A stretch of 64,000 bases of DNA from Dictyostelium discoideum (lineage: Eukaryota): the NCBI GenBank assembly GCA_000004695.1, contig CM000153.2:4512001-4576000 (forward strand), read 5' to 3'. Below, piece after piece: positions 54,580-64,000 of the stretch. A model generated the notes under the pieces. It was given only the letters and a program-made list of their open reading frames with translations. It did not search any database and was not told the origin of the DNA. Every line of letters starts with the position of its first letter. Position 1 is the first letter of the stretch. A program made the position numbers and the translations under genes.

Positions 54580-56230
54580 TACAATTACTCACTATCCAGT
54601 AGCTTCACCATCAACTACAATTTTACCAAGAGTCTTACCATCAAGATCAAATCAAACATCTAATGTTTCACCAGCTACAACAATTCAACCACCAAATTCA
54701 TCAAGTTCAAATCAATCATCAAATATCCCACCAACAACAAACCAATCATCAAATATTACAAATCAACCAATAAATACTTCATCAATGAATTTAAATCAAT
54801 CATTATCAAATCCACCATCTCTTATTACAAATCAAGCAACAACCGCTAGATTATTGAATAGTGTACCTATCTCAATCAACAATGATAATATTAATACAAC
54901 AATTCCACAATTTACACAAGAGTCAATAAGAAAAGAGTTGGAAAAAGAAAATTATTATAGAGCAATGTATAAATATCTTGAAGAAACAAGACTTCCAGAC
55001 AATGCACAAGCAGCAAGAAGAATTTTGTTGGAGTCTGAATTTTATTCAATGATTAATGGATTTCTTTGTCACGGTTTAAAACATACTTTATCAAGTAAGA
55101 AATCTCATTTTAAACATCTTCAAATTGTAGTTCCAAAAACTATGACTAAATGGATAATGGAAATATTTCATGATTCGCCACTTACTGGAGGACATTTTGG
55201 ATTATTAAAAACTGTTGCAAAAATCAAAGAAAGATTCTATTGGATTGGTATGATTAAGGATATAAAAGAATTTATCGATAAATGTACAACTTGTTTACAA
55301 ATTAAAAGAAAGTATGGTCCAAAAGAAGGTTTACTCATTCCAATTGAGATTGAACCTGAACCATTTAATACAATTGGTATTGATTTTATTGGTCCAATTA
55401 CAAAAGATAATGCTCAAGTTTATTTGTTGGTTGTTATGGATTATTTTACTAAATGGCCAGAAGTTTTCTTTACCCTTGATATGGAAGGGGAGACTGTAGC
55501 TCAATTATTGTTGTATGAAATCTATACTAGATATGGGGTTCCAAAGAAGTTGGTTTCTGATCGTGGTAAGAATTTTTTTAAGTAATGTAGTCTCTGGTGT
55601 TAATAAATTATTCGGTGTTCACAAATTAACAACTACTGCTTATCACCCACAATGTGATGGTCAAACTGAAAATTTCAATAATACATTAATTAAGATGCTC
55701 AAAGCTTTTATTGGTAATGAATTGTATGGCAATTGGGGTGAATTATTAAGATGTGTTTTATACTCATACAGAATTACACCACATGTTTCAACTGGTTTTT
55801 CACCCTTTTTCTTACTTTTTAATCGTCAACCAACTTTACCATTAGATACAACTTTAAATGTAAATTTTTATTCAAATTCACTAAGATTAGATTTCGCTGA
55901 TAATTATGCACAATCCGTAAATAATAATCTTAAACGTGCCTTTTGGTTTACAAAGAATAATCTCGATAAAGCTCAAGAATTACAAAAAACAAATTATGAT
56001 AAAGGTCGTCGTCCAACAAATATTCAAACAGGTGATTTTGTTTATTTACATACACCATATTCACAAACTTCTATTGGTCCAAAGAAATTCTATAAACCTT
56101 GGAGAGGTCCTTTTAAAGTTCAAGAAAAAGTTAGCGATGTTACATTCAAATTAGATATGGGTAATCTTAGAGATCATAAAGTAGTCAATATTGAAAGATT
56201 GAAAAAAATTTTCAACTAAAAGGGGGGGAT
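54580..56230 (+). mobile_element. Ty3/gypsy-type LTR retrotransposon, pol 3' part (integrase), 5'-truncated at the gap, frameshifted. It resembles DGLT-A or Skipper.
   Basis: The frame is open from the gap edge (the track ORF 54785..55585 is its ATG-started tail). It reads the integrase HHCC zinc finger (H..KH..........LQIVVP.....C..C) and the DDE core (IGIDFIGP...VYLLVVMDYFTKWPEVF...LVSDRGKNFF). Around 55575, within a T7 run, a frameshift moves reading into the 55515..56219 frame: KLFGVHKLTTTAYHPQCDGQTENFNNTLIKML...WRGPFKVQEKVSDVTFKLDMGNLRDHKVVNIERLKK, the GPF/Y integrase C-terminal module, with no chromodomain. The element ends with the polypurine tract AAAAGGGGGGGA at 56219-56230. Confidence 0.75.
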
Positions 56231-56560
56231 ATGTAATAAAGTTACTCTATAAAATTAATAGATATTAAATATGCATATTACATTACTAATTATAGTTGAC
56301 ACACATTTAAATAATATAATAATAATAATAATAATAATACTGTCAACTCATTATGAATAATATAAATACTAAAGAATAATTTTATAAACAATATCGAATA
56401 TTATAAATATAAACTAATATTAAATAAAGATAACAAAGTATTATTCAATTATATAATTATTAATTATATATATTTATAAAGCTAACAAGCTTTATTACAT
56501 TAATTGTAATTATAGAAAAATTTATATCGTTAAAATTAAAAATTATAAAAAAGAAAAAGT
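56231..56560 (+). repeat. Putative 3' LTR of the gypsy-type element; its 3' boundary is not determinable
   Basis: It starts immediately after the PPT with TATGTAATAAAG.... There is no second LTR copy in the window to align against, so the 3' end is a guess. Confidence 0.3.
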
Positions 56561-56747
56561 TTGAAATAAAAATAAAAAATAACATTAAATAAAAATTAAA
56601 TAAACAAAAAATATAAATAAAAATCCTAATTTAAAAAATGAAAAGAATAAATGGATAATCAAATTTGGAAGGATATTTAGTTTGGAAAGCTGAAAATTAA
56701 AAAAAGAATACTATAATTTTAATTTTTTGGAAATTAGCAAAAAAAAA

Positions 56748-56788
<41 letters not shown>

Positions 56789-57134
56789 ATTATAATTTTA
56801 TTAAATTATGTAAATATATGAAATAATTTTAAATGAAAAAAAATAAATTTCTCAGTTTAAATGAACAAAAACAAAAGCAAATAAGAAATTATATTTTAAT
56901 AGAAATTATTGTTTATTATAGTATTAAAAATTATAAAAAATAGTACAAATATTTAATTTTATCTTTAAATTAATTTATTTTCCAGGTAAAAAATAAAAAA
57001 AATTAAATTAAATTAAAATTAAAATAATGCCAAAAATTTATAAGCACTAATATAAATAAATTTTCAAAAAAGGTAAATATTATTTATTTAGTAATTTTGT
57101 TTTAAAGTAATAGTATAGTATTTTTTTTTTCTTT

Positions 57135-57875
57135 TTAAAGTAAGTAACCTAAAGATAAAACACAAGCGGCAGAAATTATAGAAAGTGAAGCTTTTAATGT
57201 ATTTGAAGCACCTTTTTCAACATGTTCAGCTTCTTCATTGTTGGCTGCGGTATTGGCTTCAGCTTTTGCTTTTGAAGAATCGGAAGATGAAGATGGTTTT
57301 TGAGTTGATGATTTAGTATCAGTTTTTGGAGAGGAGCCTTGTTTGGTATCAGTTTTTGGTGATGCTTCTTTAGCATCTGATTTTGGTGATGCTTCTTTTG
57401 CATCAGTTTTTGGTGATGCTTCTTTTGCATCGGATTTTGGAGAACCTTTTTGAGTGGATTGAGTATTTGGTGATTTTTGAGCATTTTCAGTATTGGCAGC
57501 ATCAGCATTATCCTTTAAACGATCAATTGGTCTGACTTCTTTAGCTAATTCTTTAGATTCTTTAACTCTAATAATTGATTTACTACCGGAATTTAAATCT
57601 TTGAAAGTGTATCTGCCAGGTGGTAATGCTTTTTGAACAAATGATCTTTGATCTTCGTTGAGAACACCATCGAATGATTTATCACCATTTTCAGTATCAC
57701 TAATGAGTGTAATGGTTGAATTTCTACCTTCATTGGTTGTAAATTGTAAAACATCACCTTCATAAAATGTTACATCATGTGGTGGATTATCCCAATTAAT
57801 ATATCTAAAACTTTCACTTGCACTAGCATATGTTGCTAATGCCAATGTTAAAATTAATTTTGATAATAATTTCAT
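57135..57875 (-). CDS. Secreted, probably GPI-anchored, cell-surface protein with tandem 9-aa Ser/Pro/Lys repeats, single exon, 246 aa
   Basis: The N-terminal signal peptide is MKLLSKLILTLALATYASA. A beta-rich domain of about 90 aa follows. Then comes SPK(S/T)DAKEA x4 and an S/T-rich stalk. The C-terminus has a hydrophobic tail preceded by small residues (ASLSIISAACVLSLGYLL), typical of a GPI signal. I have not assigned a family. Confidence 0.6.
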   Translation of the reverse strand: MKLLSKLILTLALATYASASESFRYINWDNPPHDVTFYEGDVLQFTTNEGRNSTITLISDTENGDKSFDGVLNEDQRSFVQKALPPGRYTFKDLNSGSKSIIRVKESKELAKEVRPIDRLKDNADAANTENAQKSPNTQSTQKGSPKSDAKEASPKTDAKEASPKSDAKEASPKTDTKQGSSPKTDTKSSTQKPSSSSDSSKAKAEANTAANNEEAEHVEKGASNTLKASLSIISAACVLSLGYLL

Positions 57876-58224
57876 TTTTTTTTTTTAATTTAATTATAAT
57901 TTTATTTTTTGTAATATTATTAAAAGTATTATTATTATTATTATTGTTGTTGTTGTTGTTGTTGTTGTTTTTGTAGTATTTATAAAAAAATAAAAATAAA
58001 AATAAAAAAAAAAAGTATTATTAATACACTTTTTTTTTTTTTTTTTTTTTTTTTTTGGCAATTCCCACCAAAAAATATAAAATAATTAATTTTAATTATT
58101 TCTTTTTAGTGAAAATTAAATAAATTTTTATTTTATCTTTAATTCAATAATTTCGTAGTTATTTTACAAATAATTTAATACCCACATATGGGTGAATTAA
58201 TTTATTTGTTGAAAAAGTGTTTAG

Positions 58225-58272
<48 letters not shown>

Positions 58273-58618
58273 ATAATTAAAAAAGTGTGGTTTATTTAAA
58301 ATAATTAAAAGGTTGTGGAATTAACATTGATAAACGAAATTTAAAAGAAACCATTTTTTTTTTTCTTTTTATTTATTTTTAAGAATAATCTTTTATTTTT
58401 TTTATTTTATTTATTTTTTTTTTTTTTTTTTATTTTTTATTTTTTTGTTTTATAAAATGTTTGGATTTTTAAATTGTTTTAATCATAAATTAGTAAATGA
58501 AATTTGAGTTAACTCATGAATTTAATAGAGAGAAATCCCTTACTATAAAACCATTTCCATTTATTACTTTTGAGAGGAAAAAAAAATATAAAAAAAAAAA
58601 AAAAAAAACTATTTCCGG

Positions 58619-58654
<36 letters not shown>

Positions 58655-58771
58655 TTTTAAAAAACGAACGATATCAGATTCTTTTTTTTTTTTAGTTTTG
58701 AAAAAAAAAAAATAAATAAAAAAAAACTTTTAATAAATAATTTCTTCAAAAAAGAGAAAATAAATAAAAAA

Positions 58772-60175
58772 ATGGTTCAAAAGAAAAAGAATAATAAATC
58801 AAAAACCACTACAAATGCATTAGCAGTTGATGGATTTAATTCCATGTTTTCAATGTTTGAATCAAACCCAGATGATTCAAATGAAAATAAAATTGAACCA
58901 TTAATTCTCACCACACAAAATAATGATCTTGAAAAACTTGATAATGAACCAAAACCAAAAAATCCACCAAAAAAATTAAAAAGAAAATTATTAATTGATC
59001 AACCATCAACAACCACAACAACAACAATCGAAAATAATAATAATAATAATGAAATAACAATAAAAAATAATAATAATGAAATTAGTAAAATTTTAGATTT
59101 TAAAAAAAAAGAATTGGAAAATAGAGAATTGGATATAATAGTAAAAGAAAAAGAAATTAAAAGACAAAGAAAAGATATTAAAGAGGAAATGGATAAAATG
59201 AAAGTAGCATTAAATAAACAAAAAGTATTATTAGAACAAAATAAGAATTCAACAGTATCAATTGCAATACCATCAAATGCATTATCAGGTATTCAAAGTG
59301 AAGAGATGAAAACCTATATAATTGAAATGATATCACGTCAAGTTACAATGAATAAAATTGATGAAATAATTGTATTTAAAACTGATGATTACAATGAAGA
59401 AGATTCTCAACAACAATCAGATTTAAATCTACTATTAAAAGTTTTAGAATATATTGAAACTCCAAGTTACTTACGTGATGAACTATTCAATACTTTAGAA
59501 AAGGATTATTTCAATGTTGATAAATTAAATTCAATCAATAGTTGTCAACAACAACAACCTAACGACGAACAATTATATAGAGAGGGTGTAGTCACAAATC
59601 AACATTGGAAAAATCAGTCAATTGTGAATGTCGGATTAGAGAAATTAGTTTTAATTCCAAAACGTTTAAATCCAGGTACAAGATTAACTATTGATATAAA
59701 GAATTCTTCAAATGGTGATGATGATGGTACAGGCGGTGGTGGTGATGGAAATAGAGAAACTAATGATAAATATATAAATGGTAAAATCATTTCACCAAGT
59801 GATATTAAAAAGGAAGGTTATTATTGGGGACACCATATTCGTTTAGTTGATTCATTAGCAAAGGTTGCATCAACTTGTCAATATGAAGATACTCAAAATT
59901 ATGATTACATTATTATGCATTCTCAATATGGTGAACAATTCCCATCCTATACTGATGTTGTAATAAATAATGCAAAGAAATATAACCATCTTTTAGTTAT
60001 TTTCGCTGATGCAAATGCAAGTTCAACTGTAAATCCTGAATTTAAATTAGGTAGTGAAGTTTTAGTACCAGATACTCATATCAATACTCTTGTAGATTTT
60101 AATATTAAGAAATTACGTTTTGAAGAAACTTTATCAATTACACTTTCAAAATTAAAAAGTACTTTTTATTATTAA
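58772..60175 (+). CDS. SPOUT1 / C9orf114 (CENP-32)-type putative SPOUT-class methyltransferase (DUF171), single exon, 467 aa
   Basis: The segment IAIPSNALSGIQSEEMKTYIIEMISRQVTMNKIDEIIVF aligns with human SPOUT1 VALPGSILDNAQSPELRTYLAGQIARACAIFCVDEIVVF. Likewise LKVLEYIETPSYLRDELF aligns with ARILQYLECPQYLRKAFF, YREGVV with FREGIV, and GYYWGHHIRLVDSLAKV with GLYWGYTVRLASCLSAV. The N-terminus is basic and K/N-rich, and the DUF171 segment carries a Gly/Asp-rich insert. Confidence 0.75.
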   Translation: MVQKKKNNKSKTTTNALAVDGFNSMFSMFESNPDDSNENKIEPLILTTQNNDLEKLDNEPKPKNPPKKLKRKLLIDQPSTTTTTTIENNNNNNEITIKNNNNEISKILDFKKKELENRELDIIVKEKEIKRQRKDIKEEMDKMKVALNKQKVLLEQNKNSTVSIAIPSNALSGIQSEEMKTYIIEMISRQVTMNKIDEIIVFKTDDYNEEDSQQQSDLNLLLKVLEYIETPSYLRDELFNTLEKDYFNVDKLNSINSCQQQQPNDEQLYREGVVTNQHWKNQSIVNVGLEKLVLIPKRLNPGTRLTIDIKNSSNGDDDGTGGGGDGNRETNDKYINGKIISPSDIKKEGYYWGHHIRLVDSLAKVASTCQYEDTQNYDYIIMHSQYGEQFPSYTDVVINNAKKYNHLLVIFADANASSTVNPEFKLGSEVLVPDTHINTLVDFNIKKLRFEETLSITLSKLKSTFYY

Positions 60176-60283
60176 ATAAAAATAAAAATAAAAATAAAAA
60201 TAAAAATAAAAATAAAAATAAAAATAAAATATTATTATTATTATCTCTTAATTTATTATTTATTCAATTTATTTATATTATTT

Positions 60284-62182
60284 TTAATTTAAATTATGTT
60301 TTGATGACCAAATATTTAAATTATCAGGTGATTTTTCATTTTCTAAATGTCTATCAACAATTCTTTTACCTGAAATGAATCTCATTGCTTCAGAATAAGT
60401 TGATGGTAAGATTTGTTTAATTTTTGAATTGAAATTTATTGAAGAATCAGGAGATGTAGGTGGTTTAGTATTTTCACCAGATGGTGAACAATAAAAGGTG
60501 AAATTGAAAATATTTGAAAGTTTCTTTTTACCAATGTATGGATTTGTAACGTAAGCTAAAACTTCGACTTGAGCATAATAATTTTGAGGTAAATTTGGAA
60601 TTGATTGAGAGTAGACAATTGTTGATTCCAATGTGAGAATATCACCAATCTCCACTGGTAATAAGAAGGTGATATCATCCATAGCACAGAATCTTGGTAA
60701 TGATGAATTGAATTTCATAAAACAAGTGGTGAATGCAGTTTCAAAACCTTTACGTAATAAATAACCACCGAAAATATTACCATTGATATTTCTCTCTTGT
60801 GGTTGACATAAAATCACAGATTGACAAGTTGTGTCACTCATTTGAATTAGTTCCAATTTCGATGATTTCTCTTCATTTTTTGCAGTCATGAATAGGGTGT
60901 GAATGGTTTGTAATTCCGATGCTGTTGGTGTTGTTAAATCCAATGATTGTTGTTTATGACTAATACGACATTCTTTATGTTTTTCACCATTTTCAAAGAG
61001 TTTTCTCTCATAGTCACTCGTGGTTCTTAGATGATTCACTGGTGATGCTTTACCATTCTCTCTGGCAACCATTGTAAAGTAGGCAACTAAAACCGGTTCG
61101 TGTTGTAAGGTTTCGTTGTTTTTAGAGGACAACTTTATCATTACCTCCATTGAACTCTTACCAACATAAGTTACAACACCTTCCATCTTTATATCTCTAT
61201 CTGGCATCAATGGTTGTAATAAACTTATACGATCGACTGATGCTGTAACAATAGTTTTCTTGAAAGTATCTTCATCATTCTCTGCATGTTTAAATGATAC
61301 TGTGCCTGCCAATGCATCCAAATCCTCCAACAATCTGCCAATTCTTAAATGACCATAAGGTGATAAATAAATTTCTCTCAATGCCATATCTGAACTAAAA
61401 AATAAATCAACTTCTGTATAACTATCAATTGGTATTTTAGTTGTTAAAATTGGTGGTGATTTTATTATTGGTGTTGGTGTTGGTGTTGAGGTATTGGTGG
61501 TGCTAGAATCCATATGAACTGTATGTTGATGTTGATGTTGATGTTGATTCTCTTCAATTAATTGATCTTTTGTTTTTCTTGATTTCCATAAATGATCAGT
61601 TACAGCTGTACGATTTAAATAAGAGGTACGTGGTGAATTATCAGGTTTTTGATCACCCCAATTCAATTGATGTGATTTCAAGGGTGAGATTGAAAAATTT
61701 TGACCAGAAAATGTGAATGCTTTCATATCAACTGCACGTGTAAAATCACTTTTAGTTTGAAATGAAATATAAACGAAACCAACTTCACCATCGAATACCA
61801 TTTTAATACCATGCGGTGTAATTTTAAAATCTTTAAATTGTTGCCAAATATCACGTGTCGTTATATTACTTGGTACACCTCTAATCTCTATTGTATTTTG
61901 TGAATCGATTATATCATCAAATGATGTTTTATTCTTATGTATAAATGAATCACTATTTGAACTTGATGCTGCTACTGCTGATGCTGTTCTTAATGTTGGT
62001 GTTGTAAAATAATTTCTTTTTTCATTATTATTTTGATTTAAAGTATTATATTTATTATTACTATTACTAAAATTACAATTATTATTATTATTATTAATTC
62101 TTGATAAAACTATACCATTATTTAAATTATTTATTATTATTGTTTTATTCTTATTTATTGTTTTAACTAAATTACAATACAT
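60284..62182 (-). CDS. Acyl-CoA thioesterase, ACOT9-like double hotdog fold, with an N-terminal N-rich region and an RRM-like module, single exon, 632 aa
   Basis: A complete ORF. The RRM-like segment is IEIRGVPSNITTRDIWQQFKDFKI...GEVGFVYISFQTKSDFTRAVDM. Hotdog domain 1 has LRIGRLLEDLDALAGTVSFKH...DIKMEGVVTYVGKSSMEVMIKL. Hotdog domain 2 has NIFGGYLLRKGFETAFTTCFMKF...FLLPVEIGDILTLESTIVYS. I recall these as similar to ACOT9 (..LLEDLD.., FGGFLMRKAYELA..), and I am unsure of the family assignment. Confidence 0.55.
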   Translation of the reverse strand: MYCNLVKTINKNKTIIINNLNNGIVLSRINNNNNNCNFSNSNNKYNTLNQNNNEKRNYFTTPTLRTASAVAASSSNSDSFIHKNKTSFDDIIDSQNTIEIRGVPSNITTRDIWQQFKDFKITPHGIKMVFDGEVGFVYISFQTKSDFTRAVDMKAFTFSGQNFSISPLKSHQLNWGDQKPDNSPRTSYLNRTAVTDHLWKSRKTKDQLIEENQHQHQHQHTVHMDSSTTNTSTPTPTPIIKSPPILTTKIPIDSYTEVDLFFSSDMALREIYLSPYGHLRIGRLLEDLDALAGTVSFKHAENDEDTFKKTIVTASVDRISLLQPLMPDRDIKMEGVVTYVGKSSMEVMIKLSSKNNETLQHEPVLVAYFTMVARENGKASPVNHLRTTSDYERKLFENGEKHKECRISHKQQSLDLTTPTASELQTIHTLFMTAKNEEKSSKLELIQMSDTTCQSVILCQPQERNINGNIFGGYLLRKGFETAFTTCFMKFNSSLPRFCAMDDITFLLPVEIGDILTLESTIVYSQSIPNLPQNYYAQVEVLAYVTNPYIGKKKLSNIFNFTFYCSPSGENTKPPTSPDSSINFNSKIKQILPSTYSEAMRFISGKRIVDRHLENEKSPDNLNIWSSKHNLN

Positions 62183-62434
62183 TTTATTATTAATTATTAT
62201 TACAAATAAAAAAATAAAAAAATAAAAAAAAAATGAAAATTAAAAATTAAAAAAATAAAAAAAAAAAAAATCAAAGCGTGCTTCCCAAAGCACAGAATTA
62301 AAAAAAAAAAAATTAAAAAAAAAAATAAAAATAAAAAATTGGAATTGACCAAAATTGGAAAGTGTATATAATTTAAAACTAAGACTAACTTTATTATTTA
62401 TCTTGTTTTTTTTTTGAAAGATAGTTAAATTTAA

Positions 62435-62465
<31 letters not shown>

Positions 62466-62506
62466 CATTTTTTTTTTTTTTTTTAAAGTTCAAAATTAAT
62501 TAATTA

Positions 62507-62539
<33 letters not shown>

Positions 62540-63106
62540 GAACATGTATTATTTTTTAAATTGTAGTTGTTTTTTTTTATTATTTCTATTTTTTTTTTTT
62601 TTTTAAATTTTTATTATTTTATTATTTTTATTATTTTATTTTTTATTTTTTATTTTTTTTTTTTAATTTTCAAAAAATAAAATCTAAACTGTAAAATAAA
62701 AACAATAAAATTACACTCCTAATTTTATTGTTCTTAATTTTATTTAATTATTTTTTTTTCTCCATATTAAATTTTAAGCGCTTAAAATTTAAAAATTTAA
62801 AAATTTAAAAATTCAAAAAAAAAAAAAAAAACAGTTTTTTTTTTTAAAAAAAATAACGAATAATAAAATTTGAAATGTAAAAATCCAAAATGAAAAAATT
62901 TTTATATGACTTACCACACCAACTTTTTCGAAAATTTTCAAAAATAGTGTTTTTTTTTTTTAAATAAATTGAAAATTTTTTTTTATTTTTTTTTTTTTCT
63001 CCAACACATTCCAATCATTTATTTTTTTATTTTTTAAAAAAGCAGTACAAATCAACTTAAAAAAAGTTTTTTTTTTATATTCAATAGTCAATTAATATAA
63101 TTCAAA

Positions 63107-63571
63107 ATGGTATTCGTTAAAGGTCAAAAGAAAGCAACCAAAGGTTCAACTCAATCTGGTGAAGAGAAAACCGCTTCAACCACCCCAAAAGTAACCAAAA
63201 CCCCAACTGAAGGTGGTGAAAAGAAGAGAAAGAAGAGAAAGTCTGACTACACCTCATTCTCAACCTACATCCACAAGTTATTGAAACAAATTACTCCACC
63301 AACCAATGCCAAGAGTAATGAAAAAGGTGATAGAAAATTCACTATCTCATCCAAAGCCATGTCTGTAATGAACTCCTTTGTCCACGATATCTTTGACAGA
63401 ATCGCCACCGAAGCTTCTGGTTTAGCCAAAAAGAAGAAGAGACAAACTTTACACTCAAGAGATATTCAAGTTGCCGTTCGTATCATTCTCACTGGTGAGT
63501 TAGCTAAACATGCCATCTTACAAGGTATGACTGCTGTCAACAAGTACAATCCAACTGAAAGCAAAAACTAA
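63107..63571 (+). CDS. Histone H2B variant, single exon, 154 aa
   Basis: The segments [91 protein letters not shown] match the H2B core ([95 protein letters not shown]). A 16-residue insert ([16 protein letters not shown]) follows the QI/QV of the first core segment. Confidence 0.85.
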   Translation: MVFVKGQKKATKGSTQSGEEKTASTTPKVTKTPTEGGEKKRKKRKSDYTSFSTYIHKLLKQITPPTNAKSNEKGDRKFTISSKAMSVMNSFVHDIFDRIATEASGLAKKKKRQTLHSRDIQVAVRIILTGELAKHAILQGMTAVNKYNPTESKN

Positions 63572-63804
63572 ATTGGTTCCAAATGAACTATATTCCTTAA
63601 AAAAATATAGTTTCCAATTTTCTTTTTTTTTTGTACTCTCTCTATCATTCTTTTTTAAAAAAAAAAAAAATCAAAAAAAAAAAAAAATATTATAATTCAA
63701 AATATAATTTCAAAAGGTGTTTTTTAACACCATCCAAAAAAACAAAGTTTTTTAAATTGATATAATAATCTATCTTTGAGTTTATAATAATAGAAGAAGT
63801 TGTG

Positions 63805-63849
<45 letters not shown>

Positions 63850-64000
63850 TAAAAATAAATTAAATTTGTACATATAATAATTTTCAAAAATTTTATTATC
63901 TTTATTACAATCTATATTTATTTTACAAAATTTTATGTTTGTTTTATCGTTATTGTGTGGATTATTTTTATTTTAAAAATAAATATAAAAGTATTATTAT

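Noticed and set aside
55314-55499. ORFs 55314..55499 and 55936..56154 (+) inside the gypsy-type fragment
   Set aside because: They are out-of-frame small ORFs within the integrase region. The integrase frames explain the coding signal.
57194-57508. Minus ORF 57194..57508 (Q/K/H-rich)
   Set aside because: It is an alternative frame of the nonapeptide-repeat region of the surface-protein gene. The 57875-start frame has the signal peptide and GPI tail.

Overview
This window is eukaryotic nuclear DNA with the hallmarks of Dictyostelium discoideum or a very close dictyostelid. GC content is about 22%, A/T homopolymer runs are everywhere, and coding regions carry (AAT)n and (CAA)n tracts giving poly-Asn and poly-Gln. 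Introns are short, AT-rich, and run from GTAAGT or GTATGT to AG. Several proteins match conserved eukaryotic families. There are no rRNA or tRNA genes, no CRISPR arrays and no prokaryote-style operons. I re-derived gene models by hand because the ORF track uses non-ATG starts and cannot see introns.

Genes I can support, in order along the window:
- 1-885 (-): partial hypothetical N-rich protein.
- 1273-1947 (-): DJ-1/PfpI.
- 2745-4770 (-): CK2-alpha-like kinase, 3 exons, with a 290-aa N-terminal extension.
- 6406-7368 (+): Tim44-like (MRPL45/Mba1-type), 2 exons.
- 8436-10001 (-) and 14380-16203 (-): two paralogous Q/N-rich nuclear-factor-like genes, possibly CudA family.
- 11376-14125 (-): hypothetical 4-exon gene lying between them.
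- 24016-25272 (+) and 39260-40764 (+): two paralogous PHO80-like cyclins with identical intron positions.
- 30261-31476 (-): class-II glutamine amidotransferase (YafJ/EgtC-like) with a 57-bp first exon.
- 32537-33405 (-): divergent TALE-like homeobox, 3 exons.
- 41269-43238 (-): GPR107/108-type 'lung 7TM receptor', 6 exons.
- 43858-44528 (-): ITPase (Ham1/ITPA), 2 exons.
- 45644-47815 (+): F-box/LRR protein.
- 48350-51334 (+): CLC chloride channel with two CBS domains.
- 57135-57875 (-): GPI-anchored repeat protein.
- 58772-60175 (+): SPOUT1/C9orf114-type methyltransferase.
- 60284-62182 (-): ACOT9-like double-hotdog thioesterase with an RRM-like domain.
- 63107-63571 (+): histone H2B variant.

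Between 51.7 and 56.6 kb there is a transposon cluster. It holds the 3' part of a poly(A)-tailed non-LTR retrotransposon, tandemly duplicated, and a 5'-truncated Ty3/gypsy-type pol/integrase fragment. That fragment carries a frameshift and ends in a polypurine tract followed by a putative LTR. The cluster is interrupted by a 100-N assembly gap; a second gap lies at 27.6 kb.

Two long divergent intergenic regions (16.2-24.0 kb and 33.4-39.3 kb) carry CA/TG-rich boxes. I see no previously undescribed 'system' in the prokaryotic sense. The most interesting signals are the paralog pairs, the N-terminally extended CK2-alpha-like gene, the transposon nest, and a few composition outliers. All coordinates I derived by hand may be off by a few bp.
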